Sequence record: PP885733.1
DNA length: 64,000 nt
Strand: one strand, 5' to 3'
Below, one piece after another: positions 1 to 9,146 of the stretch. The stretch's first letter is position 1. Every line of letters starts with the position of its first letter. The position numbers were made by a program, and so were the translations under genes. Below the pieces are notes generated by a model. That model was not told where the DNA came from. It did not search any database and worked only from the letters and a program-made list of their open reading frames with translations.

Positions 1-210
1 GCAGTTCGTATGTTGGCATTAGCTAACTCTGCTGAACTGCTGGAAGAAGCCGTGAAGCGATTGATTCGTGCGGATAACCCGTTCACGATTCCTCGACTTG
101 TTTACCCAGGGGAAGAAACAAAGAACCACTCCCTCCAGGTAATCTCCAACATGTTGTCTGACTTTGGATTAGTAATAAGGAAAGAATGTGAAGAAGATAA
201 AGCTCCGTGA
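1..210 (+). CDS. rpoB: C-terminal end of RNA polymerase beta-like subunit (non-virion RNAP, phiKZ gp71-73-like), partial
   Basis: Frame open from base 1 to the stop at 208-210 (..LANSAELLEEAVKRLIRADNPF..VISNMLSDFG..); lies directly upstream of and overlaps the beta' gene, as in phiKZ-like phages. Assignment mostly by synteny. Confidence 0.55.
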   Translation, partial: AVRMLALANSAELLEEAVKRLIRADNPFTIPRLVYPGEETKNHSLQVISNMLSDFGLVIRKECEEDKAP

Positions 211-2206
211 GTTTGCCAACCTCTCCTGTGTGTCGATGCTGCAGTTTACTGAGCGTCGTTTCAGGATCGAGGTCATGGATGACCACAACGAAACAGTTGT
301 AACGGATACGTGGTCGTTAGCTTTGTCCTGGTTCAGTCTGATAGTTCATCGTCATTATGACAAAGAACCTTATCACTGTGACGAAGTCGTGGTATTGAAA
401 AGTGTTGATGGACGCCAAGCATTTATCGATGATGGTCTCCTGAAAACTCCGATCGATAACTTCCTGGCTCGCCTCATGCCTAAGTATGACGATCCGGTAT
501 TCTACGATTTCATTAAACAGCTGGTGTTTACCTGGCATAACCAATGTCATAACTATCTGGCATTGAAATCTGAAAACGCCGTAGTATCGGCGCGCTCTAT
601 TGACGTACTCCACGTCTATCAGCATCCGAAGGTCGCTGACCTCAAACGTCGTGTTATGAGCCATGAGACATCTCTGGCTGACGCTGCGATTGAGTTCGAG
701 CACATCATGATGACAGAACCTGATTTCGATAAATCGGTATTCGGTCTCCTGTATCGTACTCGTTCGGTATCTTCGGTTCAGTCGTTCCAGCTGGTAATCT
801 CTCGTGGTGACGTGTTTGACTTGAATAACGTAATCTTGCCAAACACGGTAATGACGTCTTATGCTGACGGTATCACAAACCTGACTGACTCCTTGGGTGA
901 CTCCAAAGGTGCTGGCTTCTCTCTGATCAGTAACGGCTCAGCACTACAGGACTCCGAGTGGTTCCATAAAAAGATCCACAACGTTGCTCAGGTAGTGCAG
1001 GCGGTTCAGTATCAGACTGACTGTGGTTCTACTCATGGTCCGATCATCAAGATCATCAGTAAGGACTTCCGTAAATCTCTGGCCGGCAAATATCGTATTA
1101 ACGATGACGGCACAACGACTCTGCTGACATATGACGAAGTCAAGAAGCTGGACACAGGTTCGGTTATCAAGATTCGTTCTGTGGCGTGGTGTCATAACTC
1201 CAAAGGCGGGAAGCCATGTAGTAAGTGTTTCGGTAAGATGGAATCAGCATTGCCGTATAATCCGTATACTGGAAAGTCTGCGGTACCTGGCGTGTTCTAC
1301 GGTTCCACCTTTGCCGAACCAATTGGTCAGTCCATCCTGAAAACTAAGCACCGTATCGGCACAGCAACTGCCGTAGGGTTCAAAGTACAACGTCAGGATG
1401 TTGACTATATTACCACGGATGACTCGGGTGACTTCATCTACTTCAATAAGGGAATCCTTAACGAAGATTCGGATCCGTATCTGATCCTGGATAAAGAAAC
1501 CCAGCAGGACTTCTCTGACTTCCAGTTCATGGATGGCATTGAAGATCTGGATGTTACACGACTGCGTACCTATGACTCGATCAAACTTCGTATCAACATT
1601 ATTAACCCAATGTTCGATAATAAGAAGGCGGTTCATTATCCAATCGTTGTAACTACTATTGCATCTCGTGATGCTCGAATGACCAAAACGTTTATCGAGT
1701 ATCTGTTGAGCAAACCAATGGAAGAAGAAGGTCGTACCTTTAAGATCAGTCTGAAAGACTATGACTTCAAAGAGCCGGCTTTCGAACTCCCACTGGTAAA
1801 CGAAGACCTGGATGCGTATCGTAAACGTGTGGAAGGCTTCCTGAAGTTCCCTAACGTCAATCGTCGTTGGGAAACCAAGGTGACCGAAGAACTGCACGGC
1901 GAAACGATGATCGCGTTCTGGAAAGTGGTAGATGAAAAGTATAAGGATGCTAACATCGTTATGCACGACATCTTCCTGTGGTCCTGTATGGCTCGTAATC
2001 CGGAAGGTCTGGATTATGGTATTCCAACCGGGAATGAACCACGTAACTTCGTATCGCTTCACGATGCAATCCTGAACCGTGGTTTGGGTAACACCTTGCT
2101 GTATGGCTGGCAGGCGAACGCCCTGTTGGGTAGTCCGCTTAACTTCCTGATTAAGAACCGTCAGGGTGGCGTGTTGGAATCCTTCATGCACCCAATCGCT
2201 CGTTAA
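188..2206 (+). CDS. rpoC: RNA polymerase beta' C-terminal subunit (non-virion RNAP, phiKZ gp74-like)
   Basis: Bridge-helix/switch-like segment DSLGDSKGAG..DSEWFHKKIHNVAQ..TDCGS, Zn motif IRSVAWC..PCSKCFG, trigger-loop-like EPIGQSILKTKH; GTG start with TAAGG SD. Confidence 0.9.
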   Translation: MKKIKLREFANLSCVSMLQFTERRFRIEVMDDHNETVVTDTWSLALSWFSLIVHRHYDKEPYHCDEVVVLKSVDGRQAFIDDGLLKTPIDNFLARLMPKYDDPVFYDFIKQLVFTWHNQCHNYLALKSENAVVSARSIDVLHVYQHPKVADLKRRVMSHETSLADAAIEFEHIMMTEPDFDKSVFGLLYRTRSVSSVQSFQLVISRGDVFDLNNVILPNTVMTSYADGITNLTDSLGDSKGAGFSLISNGSALQDSEWFHKKIHNVAQVVQAVQYQTDCGSTHGPIIKIISKDFRKSLAGKYRINDDGTTTLLTYDEVKKLDTGSVIKIRSVAWCHNSKGGKPCSKCFGKMESALPYNPYTGKSAVPGVFYGSTFAEPIGQSILKTKHRIGTATAVGFKVQRQDVDYITTDDSGDFIYFNKGILNEDSDPYLILDKETQQDFSDFQFMDGIEDLDVTRLRTYDSIKLRINIINPMFDNKKAVHYPIVVTTIASRDARMTKTFIEYLLSKPMEEEGRTFKISLKDYDFKEPAFELPLVNEDLDAYRKRVEGFLKFPNVNRRWETKVTEELHGETMIAFWKVVDEKYKDANIVMHDIFLWSCMARNPEGLDYGIPTGNEPRNFVSLHDAILNRGLGNTLLYGWQANALLGSPLNFLIKNRQGGVLESFMHPIAR

Positions 2207-2239
2207 TTAATGGACAAGGAAGTCCGTAAAGGAGTTGTC

Positions 2240-2413
2240 ATGATTTACAAAGCTCGTGATTTGAAGAACCATCTGAACACCGTTTCTGGTTATAAGAACG
2301 GTATCGACGTCCCGGTAAGGCCCGTCCCGTTATACGGCTGGCGTGGGTTGAAGGTTCGCATCAAAGGCGCTCTGTTAGTGCTGAAGAACAAGGGTGATGT
2401 AGTAACCTGGTAA
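2240..2413 (+). CDS. small hypothetical protein
   Basis: ATG at 2240 with AAGGAG SD (ORF track starts earlier at 2210); MIYKARDL..RPVPLYGWRGLKVRIKGALLVL. Confidence 0.6.
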   Translation: MIYKARDLKNHLNTVSGYKNGIDVPVRPVPLYGWRGLKVRIKGALLVLKNKGDVVTW

Positions 2414-2467
2414 TCCGTACGCCTTATAGTATGAAGGAACGTTCCTTCCTTACATTAAGGCAATGCC

Positions 2468-2698
2468 ATGATCACATCGATCTCTGAGATGAAACCCGGT
2501 GAATGCTTCTCCGTAGATAGCGCTGAGGGTGGAATCAAAAAGGCTCCCTGTGTCAGGAAGATTCTTGCAGTAGGTAACACAGCTGTTGCCTCTACGGAAT
2601 TCAATGATCGGGGATATACCTATAAACTGAAGATGGAGAACTACCTAGGTAGCGAACCGATGAAGGATGGGAACATCCTGCACAAATTCAGCAAATGA
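2468..2698 (+). CDS. hypothetical protein (76 aa)
   Basis: ORF with TAAGG SD, followed by a terminator hairpin. Confidence 0.6.
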   Translation: MITSISEMKPGECFSVDSAEGGIKKAPCVRKILAVGNTAVASTEFNDRGYTYKLKMENYLGSEPMKDGNILHKFSK

Positions 2699-2724
2699 GC
2701 TAAGGGGTCTTCGGGCCCCTTAGC
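2699..2724 (+). terminator. hairpin terminator with C-UUCG-G loop
   Basis: GCTAAGGGGTC-TTCG-GGCCCCTTAGC followed by CTTATGTTTGTTT. Confidence 0.75.
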
Positions 2725-2750
2725 CTTATGTTTGTTTAAGAGGAAATGTA

Positions 2751-3026
2751 ATGAAAACTGTAACGATTAACAAAGGCGAAGAGTTAACTCCTAATCTGAA
2801 TGGGTTCACTCACTTTTGGTTGAACGAGATCGTAAGGGAGGATGAAACTGTTATCACCAAAGTAAAACCGACCTACCCGTCTGAGTTCGATGCAAAAGAC
2901 CCTTTGCGTTGCAACTTCAATTACGACGGTACAACTCCCACTATCGTATTCGACCCTGAGACCAAGAAGCTTAAAGCGTCTGGCTGGGGTTACACAAAAC
3001 TCACTCTCACCTTTGTTAAGGAATAA
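2751..3026 (+). CDS. hypothetical protein, paralog 1 of a tandem trio
   Basis: AGAGGA SD; C-terminus FDPETKKLKASGWGYTKL resembles the next two ORFs. Confidence 0.75.
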   Translation: MKTVTINKGEELTPNLNGFTHFWLNEIVREDETVITKVKPTYPSEFDAKDPLRCNFNYDGTTPTIVFDPETKKLKASGWGYTKLTLTFVKE

Positions 3027-3029
3027 GAA

Positions 3030-3494
3030 ATGTCTAAGCAAGTATTCGATCTGAAACTGGCAGAAGCGGAAGTAGCGGCAATGGACAAAGCAGCAAACGA
3101 CTTTGCTGATGCTGTTGAAGCGATCAAAGCAACTAACAGTCAGGACATCGGCATGGTTCTGGTAAACGTCCCGGCGAACGTTGAAATCAACGTTAAGTCA
3201 GAAGACTCTGACAATATCGACGGTTTCGAAGTAGACGTTGTTCTGCTGGACTCCATCACTGGCTCCGATGGCGAAGAGATCGAATTCGAAGGTCAGGACG
3301 GTCGCAAGTTCGTTCCGTCATTCGACAGCAAAGAGGATGGTAAATACATCCTGCATTACTTCATCAAAGCTGATGAAGAAGTTCTGCTGAAACTGAAAGC
3401 CAGCTACGACCACAACACCGGCATCGTTAAAGCCGACGGTCATGGCTTTGAGAAGTGCAGCGTTCGTATCAACCTGAAACCAAAGGCAGAGTGA
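3030..3494 (+). CDS. hypothetical acidic protein, paralog 2 of a tandem trio
   Basis: AAGGA SD, host-like codon bias; FVPSFDSKE..YDHNTG..G.GF motif. Confidence 0.85.
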   Translation: MSKQVFDLKLAEAEVAAMDKAANDFADAVEAIKATNSQDIGMVLVNVPANVEINVKSEDSDNIDGFEVDVVLLDSITGSDGEEIEFEGQDGRKFVPSFDSKEDGKYILHYFIKADEEVLLKLKASYDHNTGIVKADGHGFEKCSVRINLKPKAE

Positions 3495-3853
3495 TGCAAG
3501 AAGAGTACGACAAGAACGGCGTCATCCTGCTCACCGCTCCATGCAATGGATCCAACACCCATGACTGGTTCTCTACATTCAGTGAACGTGAAGTAGAGAG
3601 CGTTTCTCTTCATCGTATCTGGATGTCTGGTCATGCCGGTTATGGGTTCGAAACTGACGAGCATCCGTTTGTCCCTTCCTTTGATAGCAAAGAGAAAGGT
3701 ATTTACATCACCTCCTTTGTTTTCAAGAAGCCTGGCGAGCCGGATATCCGCATGGTGGTCAAGTATGATCATAACACAGGAACTGCCACTACCAAAGGTG
3801 AAGGTTTCGATAACGTTATGATTCGTATTAAGATGAAGCCTAAAGCAAAATAA
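3494..3853 (+). CDS. hypothetical protein, paralog 3 of a tandem trio
   Basis: TGATG stop/start overlap at 3492-3496; FVPSFDSKE..YDHNTG..GEGF motif shared with the previous ORF. Confidence 0.85.
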   Translation: MQEEYDKNGVILLTAPCNGSNTHDWFSTFSEREVESVSLHRIWMSGHAGYGFETDEHPFVPSFDSKEKGIYITSFVFKKPGEPDIRMVVKYDHNTGTATTKGEGFDNVMIRIKMKPKAK

Positions 3854-3872
3854 GTCGATATCATTAAAGTGT

Positions 3873-3894
3873 AAGGAAGGAGAAATCCTTCCTT
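3873..3894 (+). terminator. hairpin, probable terminator
   Basis: AAGGAAGGA-GAAA-TCCTTCCTT after the paralog trio. Confidence 0.55.
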
Positions 3895-4000
3895 TTACAA
3901 AGTGGTTGTAATAAGTTACTGACCCCCTAATTAGATAGTGAAGTATCCTTTGGAAACCCGGCAGTCGCGGGATTCACTAACTATGTGAGGTTTATATCAG

Positions 4001-5545
4001 ATGAGGAGAACGTTAGTCGTTCACAAGGCGAGCACGTACGTTCGGCTTACTGACTTTAAACCTGAACTCGTTCAGCAGATATTACGTCCCTTTTGTAAAA
4101 GGAACTTTTATAGAGTTCAGAAGCAACCCATCCCCGGTGGTGGGCCCAGCGCATTTAAATGGGAAGTCAGTCACGTATTCGCTCGGTTCAACAAAGACCA
4201 AACAGAACTGAGGTTCAACGTTGAGAAACTTCCTGATTTAATTAAAATGATGGAAGAGAATGGGTATAGCAAATCTCGTATCCAAATCGAAAACGAGGAA
4301 GTGATCGAAGCAGCCCCTGCCAAGCTGAAGATGAAAGATCCGAATATCAAACCTCGTAACGAGATTCAGATTGACTATACCGACTTCATGGGTGGTCCTA
4401 AGCCACTCGTTGTAAACAACATGGGTACAGGTCAAGGTAAAACCTTCTGTGCTATCTGGACAGCCGTACAGCTCGGTAAACGAGTTCTGATTACGGTGTT
4501 GCCACGTTATGTGGATATCTGGATTAAAGCATTTGGGGAATTCCTCGACATACACCCGACGGATATCTTGGTTGCGGATACATTTGGTATTGAGAGATTA
4601 CACCAGACCATGAAAGACGGTTTGATTAATCCTTCTATTATCATCTTACCGCTAACGAAGATTGACGTGTACATCAAACGTATGAAAGAAGAACCTGACC
4701 TCCCAGGACTCGATGAAGTATTCCGGGATTTGAAGTGTGGGTTCAGAATCATCGATGAAGCACACGAATCGATCTACTCTGTATATATGTCGTTGATGTT
4801 CGGTAACCATGCTAAGACTGCGGCTCTGTCGGCAACTCTGCAAGGTGACGATGATTTCATTAACAGCATCTATAACCAGATATTCCCGTATCACGCATAT
4901 TTGCGCCCTCCTGAATATACGAAGTACATTCATGTTATAGCTTATAGCCATCGCATGGACGTGAACCGTTACAGGATTAACACCAAGGGATTTGGTGGAT
5001 ATTCCCATGTGAAGTTCGAACAAGCCATCATGAAGCGCACTGATGTGTTCGAGCAGTATTACCAGATGCTGAAAGAAGCATTTGTGACATACTACATGGA
5101 TACGTACAGGGAAGGTCAAAAAGCGATGTGGTTCTTCCAGACAGTTGAGATTTGTGAACTCTTCCTGAAAAGGTTGAAGAAGGATTATCCAGATTTGGAT
5201 GCCATCGTGTTCACAGCTGAGCAGTCGAGTAAGAAGGAGACTAAGACCGCCTACCGTGAGCACCAGGTCGTTATTACGACGCCAGGGTCTTGTGGTACAG
5301 GTAAAGACATCCCGCAGCTCTACATCGTGTTCTGCCCCGTATCTGTGAGCTCCTCCCAAAGGAACGACCAGATGGTTGGACGAACTCGTCCGATTGATAA
5401 ATGGTGGCCTGACCTGGATCCGATATTCCTCTACTTCGTATGTCCAGACATTCCGAAGCAGGTTGAGTATCATCGTAAGCGCAAAACGATCTTCGATAAG
5501 AAGATGAAGAAATTCACTCTCATCGACAGCGGTTCACGTATTTAA
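4001..5545 (+). CDS. SF2 DEAH-box helicase (phiKZ gp75-like)
   Basis: Walker A MGTGQGKT, motif II IIDEAHE, motif III SAT, motif V TPGSCGTGKDIP, motif VI QMVGRTR. Confidence 0.9.
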   Translation: MRRTLVVHKASTYVRLTDFKPELVQQILRPFCKRNFYRVQKQPIPGGGPSAFKWEVSHVFARFNKDQTELRFNVEKLPDLIKMMEENGYSKSRIQIENEEVIEAAPAKLKMKDPNIKPRNEIQIDYTDFMGGPKPLVVNNMGTGQGKTFCAIWTAVQLGKRVLITVLPRYVDIWIKAFGEFLDIHPTDILVADTFGIERLHQTMKDGLINPSIIILPLTKIDVYIKRMKEEPDLPGLDEVFRDLKCGFRIIDEAHESIYSVYMSLMFGNHAKTAALSATLQGDDDFINSIYNQIFPYHAYLRPPEYTKYIHVIAYSHRMDVNRYRINTKGFGGYSHVKFEQAIMKRTDVFEQYYQMLKEAFVTYYMDTYREGQKAMWFFQTVEICELFLKRLKKDYPDLDAIVFTAEQSSKKETKTAYREHQVVITTPGSCGTGKDIPQLYIVFCPVSVSSSQRNDQMVGRTRPIDKWWPDLDPIFLYFVCPDIPKQVEYHRKRKTIFDKKMKKFTLIDSGSRI

Positions 5546-5550
5546 TAACT

Positions 5551-5582
5551 AAACTCTGGGGACTTTGCGGTCCCTAGGGTTT
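5551..5582 (+). terminator. hairpin terminator
   Basis: AAACTCTGGGGAC-TTTGCG-GTCCCTAGGGTTT immediately after the helicase stop. Confidence 0.6.
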
Positions 5583-5602
5583 AATACGTTTTGGCGGTAA
5601 CC

Positions 5603-5998
5603 ATGTTTGTAGAATATGTAACCTTGAATTTGTCATTCCCAACTATCCAGAATACCAAAACCCTGGAAACAGTGGGGCAAGGTTTAATGGTGTTGTTGGA
5701 TGGTCATTTTAACAACCAACTGGAACTCGAAGACTTTACATTGATGGAACACGCAAAACTCACGATGGGTGATTGTGCATCTGAGTTGTGTATCGATGAC
5801 CAAGACTTCGAAATAATCTTCAACAACGCTTCAAACGCTTTAACGCTGGCTCTAACATTATACCACCAGGAGATCAAAGATTTCGCACAACAGCTTACAT
5901 CTATTGGCGACATCATGATGTTTGAATATCCAGGTATGTTACGGTTTTGTGTAAAGGAAGGAGCAAGCCCTTTTGCAGTTAGTCTCTTATACGTTTAA
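5603..5998 (+). CDS. hypothetical protein
   Basis: ORF; ATG at 5603 (track uses TTG at 5591). Confidence 0.65.
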   Translation: MFVEYVTLNLSFPTIQNTKTLETVGQGLMVLLDGHFNNQLELEDFTLMEHAKLTMGDCASELCIDDQDFEIIFNNASNALTLALTLYHQEIKDFAQQLTSIGDIMMFEYPGMLRFCVKEGASPFAVSLLYV

Positions 5999-6332
5999 GA
6001 ATCCCAAGATCGTGAATGCGATTTACTCTGAACAGAATTATCTGTCTGAAATCATCGCGTTCATGTTGGGTGAGAAAGTCATTGTGGGGCCGAATGAAGA
6101 ACCTGAGTTCCATAGTGATATGTATAGCTATCTGCTGACTATCTTGGACCCTCTGGATATTCCATCGGCTAATCTGATTATGGAAGAGGTTGAGAAACAT
6201 ATTAAACACTTCACCGACGATTATGTGTTTAAGGGTTTACACCTCACTGGAGAGGTCTTCCTGAAGTATGACTATCGCATTGAACCAAGATTCAGTAGGA
6301 TTCAATTCTACTCAATCGATGATGAACTTTAA
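5973..6332 (+). CDS. hypothetical protein
   Basis: TTG start preceded by AAGGAAGGAG. Confidence 0.65.
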   Translation: MQLVSYTFKNPKIVNAIYSEQNYLSEIIAFMLGEKVIVGPNEEPEFHSDMYSYLLTILDPLDIPSANLIMEEVEKHIKHFTDDYVFKGLHLTGEVFLKYDYRIEPRFSRIQFYSIDDEL

Positions 6333-6366
6333 TTTATCTACCATTAATTCACAAGGAATCTTAGAA

Positions 6367-6897
6367 ATGCCTTTAAACATCAACGCAAACACTGCAGCTA
6401 TCGCCCCTGAGTCCAACATGGTAACTTACCGCTTCAAGTCCCCTGACCTGGGTGATTACTTCGAAGCGTTCTCTGGCGAACAAGCGCACGTTGCGCTGGA
6501 AGGTGCCCTGAACATCATCTTCGGTAAACCGAGTGCTCTGCCACTCGTCAATGTTGACGACGAAGAGCCGGAAATCCAAACCGAAGAAGATCTGAAGCTG
6601 GATCACGAAGCTCAGATCGTTCAGGACGTCTGCTATGCACTGGCGACCTATCAGCTGAGTAACGCAGAACTGGCACTGCCGGATGACATCACTCTGGATC
6701 CGGTACATGCACAAATGGAAGAAGCTTTCCGTGGTGTAGTTGCCAAACTGTCTACTGACATTACCCTGGATAAAGAAAACCAGGACGTCATCACTCTGCT
6801 GGGTGAAATGGAGTTCTTTAACCGTATCGAGCTGTTCAACCACAACTACGATTCGAAGAACGAAATCCTGATGGTGACTCTGTCTTCTACCAACTAA
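6367..6897 (+). CDS. hypothetical acidic protein
   Basis: ATG at 6367 with AAGGAA SD, strong codon bias, followed by a terminator. Confidence 0.75.
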   Translation: MPLNINANTAAIAPESNMVTYRFKSPDLGDYFEAFSGEQAHVALEGALNIIFGKPSALPLVNVDDEEPEIQTEEDLKLDHEAQIVQDVCYALATYQLSNAELALPDDITLDPVHAQMEEAFRGVVAKLSTDITLDKENQDVITLLGEMEFFNRIELFNHNYDSKNEILMVTLSSTN

Positions 6898-6904
6898 GTC
6901 GGTA

Positions 6905-6935
6905 ACCCTACCCCTCCTCACGGAGCGGGTAGGGT
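6905..6935 (+). terminator. TACC/GGTA-family hairpin terminator with U-tract
   Basis: ACCCTACCCCTCC-TCAC-GGAGCGGGTAGGGT, then CTACTATTTTCTTTTATTTTTT. Confidence 0.8.
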
Positions 6936-7013
6936 CTACTATTTTCTTTTATTTTTTGCTCTGAGATTATATGCATTACCTATCGATAGCTAACACACCG
7001 CGGATAAACAAAA

Positions 7014-7790
7014 ATGGAACAAACACTGCAGGATATTAATCATTACGCTCGCATCATTTCTGGTTGCGAGTCCATTAACTACGTGAGTAACAATGGCGGA
7101 CAGCTTACCGACGACGGTCGTTACGCTCAGTCTGTTCTGCGTCTTCACGCCCAGGATGAATTCGGTGCTCTCGCCGGTAACGAATCAATCCTCTCTGGTA
7201 TCAAGAAAGGCGCCAAGAAACTCAAAGAGTGGATTGTTGCGCTGATCAAAGCGGTGAAAGATTTCATCACTGGTTCCCAGAAGAAAAAGAAAGACTTCGA
7301 AGCTGAGTACAACAAACTCAAAGCAGCTCACGCAAAAGTTCCTGCTGAGAAGAAAGACGAAGTTGAAGAGAAGTTGAAGAAAGCAGTTACTCCTTACGGC
7401 CAGGTCTTCGATCGTATCATCGAGAAGCTGAAGAAACTTCGTACCGATGGTCAAGGCGAAGCTTTTGAAAAGATCGGTTATAAAGCTGATCTGAATCAGA
7501 CCGTTAAGTGGATGGAAACTGCGCGTGACCATGCTGAAGAAGGTCTGCTCTTTATGGCTGGCTCCGACCTGAAAATGGCGGGCAATAACCTGGATGGCGT
7601 TATCAACATTATTACTGGCAAGCTGAACACTTACAGTAATGGCGAAGATACCCCTGAGAAGAATGCTGCAGCAAGTCGTGTTGCTGGTTGGTTGAACGTC
7701 GCAACTTCTGTTGGGCATTCCATCACCATGAACATGTCAAGCATGTCCAACAAAGCCAGTAAAGAACTGGATGCGTGGATGAACGCTTAA
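7014..7790 (+). CDS. putative internal head protein with GxE propeptide (paralog of 13542..14273)
   Basis: N-terminal NHYARIISGCES..DGRYAQSVLRLHA..AGNESILSGIKKGAKKLKEWI closely matches the 13542 ORF. Confidence 0.7.
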   Translation: MEQTLQDINHYARIISGCESINYVSNNGGQLTDDGRYAQSVLRLHAQDEFGALAGNESILSGIKKGAKKLKEWIVALIKAVKDFITGSQKKKKDFEAEYNKLKAAHAKVPAEKKDEVEEKLKKAVTPYGQVFDRIIEKLKKLRTDGQGEAFEKIGYKADLNQTVKWMETARDHAEEGLLFMAGSDLKMAGNNLDGVINIITGKLNTYSNGEDTPEKNAAASRVAGWLNVATSVGHSITMNMSSMSNKASKELDAWMNA

Positions 7791-7802
7791 TCCTACATAT
7801 TC

Positions 7803-7832
7803 CCCTTACCCCTCCGAAAGGAAGGGTAAGGG
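7803..7832. terminator. TACC/GGTA-family hairpin, bidirectional between convergent genes
   Basis: CCCTTACCCCTCC-GAAA-GGAAGGGTAAGGG; TATG on both strands at its base. Confidence 0.8.
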
Positions 7833-7841
7833 TTATGTTTG

Positions 7842-9146
7842 TTATTTTAAAATTTGTGCTAAGGTCATAGTGATAGTTTTCAGCTGAGATACGTGCATCG
7901 CTTTCATACGCGTCAACATGAACTGAGTAAAGATGTAAACAGTTTCGGCAGAGACGCGCTCACGAATGGCACCCAACTTCTCACCACAACAAACCTTACA
8001 GAGGTTATCGTCAGGTTGTTGGCAGAACTGCGGTACACGCATCTGAACCACTGAACCAATCAGACCATCATCTTTCTTAGTCAGCACTTTAGGAGAACCA
8101 CCTTCTAAGATGTAACCACCCACCCAACCTTTGAAGTTATGCTTAGTCAGCTTGACCGCTTCGGTACGAGGGGAGTTACAATCTTCACCGCCAATCATGA
8201 TACGGTTAGTCAGCAAGATTGCCAACTTAACTTCTGCACCACCCTCACCAGTAGCGTTACCACGGTCGAACGATGCAGAGATAGCGGTGTTGATGTACTC
8301 TGGGTAATGATCAGGATCCCAACCTTCATCCAGTGACTTACGGAGTAAGTTATACTTACCAGTGTTGAAGTCAGGAACCATGTCAAAGATAATGAACATC
8401 TTCTTACGGGCGTTATCGATAAACTTACCGTTGATGAAGAAGTCTTTAGAAGGACCGGAGTACTGAATCTTAGCATCCAGGGCGATTACCTTATCGATGG
8501 CGATAGCGACCGCTGTAGGATCTCCCAACTTACCTTCTTTCTCCAGTTGACCCAACAGCTCATCACGAAGCTTGATAACCTCAGGATGGACTGTAAGGAC
8601 GTCTACAGAGGAAGCTTTAACGAAGACCTGGTTCATACCTTCAAGGTAGTCTAACTGCTTCGTTACTTTCAAACATTCATCTACAGACGCTTTACCTTCT
8701 GGCAGAGCTTCACCTTCTTCTGGGTTGTCAACCATCAGTCCGTCGATTACACCCTGAATGACACCACCGGTAATCTTACCATTAATGTAGCTGGTGCGTT
8801 TACCGAATGACTCAAACAGAACCACGATGTTAGTGAGGAAGAGACCAATGGTGGTTTCCATCTTCTCAGTAACAAACTCGTGAGCTTCAACATCGACAGT
8901 GATCTTCTCATTCTTATTGAAGAGAGGCTGTCCCCAGGTATGGCCTTCGATAACAGTACGCTCACCGTTATTAAAGAAGTAGACTTCCTTCTTCTCATTA
9001 TCACGGAAAGCGGCGAATGGGACATCGCTTAACAGCTTGTTGTTCTTAGGGCTGTCATGAACCATACTGAAGATCGACATTAAGAAAGTCTTACGAGTGT
9101 AAGCACGATTCTTAAATGCCAGGAATAGATAGTCTAACTTATGCAT
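7842..9146 (-). CDS. rpoC: RNA polymerase beta' C-terminal subunit (virion RNAP, phiKZ gp80-like)
   Basis: ISASFDRGNATGEGGAEVK (bridge-helix region), EDCNS, Zn motif MRVPQFC..LCKVCCG, RMKAMH trigger-loop-like end. Confidence 0.85.
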   Translation of the reverse strand: MHKLDYLFLAFKNRAYTRKTFLMSIFSMVHDSPKNNKLLSDVPFAAFRDNEKKEVYFFNNGERTVIEGHTWGQPLFNKNEKITVDVEAHEFVTEKMETTIGLFLTNIVVLFESFGKRTSYINGKITGGVIQGVIDGLMVDNPEEGEALPEGKASVDECLKVTKQLDYLEGMNQVFVKASSVDVLTVHPEVIKLRDELLGQLEKEGKLGDPTAVAIAIDKVIALDAKIQYSGPSKDFFINGKFIDNARKKMFIIFDMVPDFNTGKYNLLRKSLDEGWDPDHYPEYINTAISASFDRGNATGEGGAEVKLAILLTNRIMIGGEDCNSPRTEAVKLTKHNFKGWVGGYILEGGSPKVLTKKDDGLIGSVVQMRVPQFCQQPDDNLCKVCCGEKLGAIRERVSAETVYIFTQFMLTRMKAMHVSQLKTITMTLAQILK

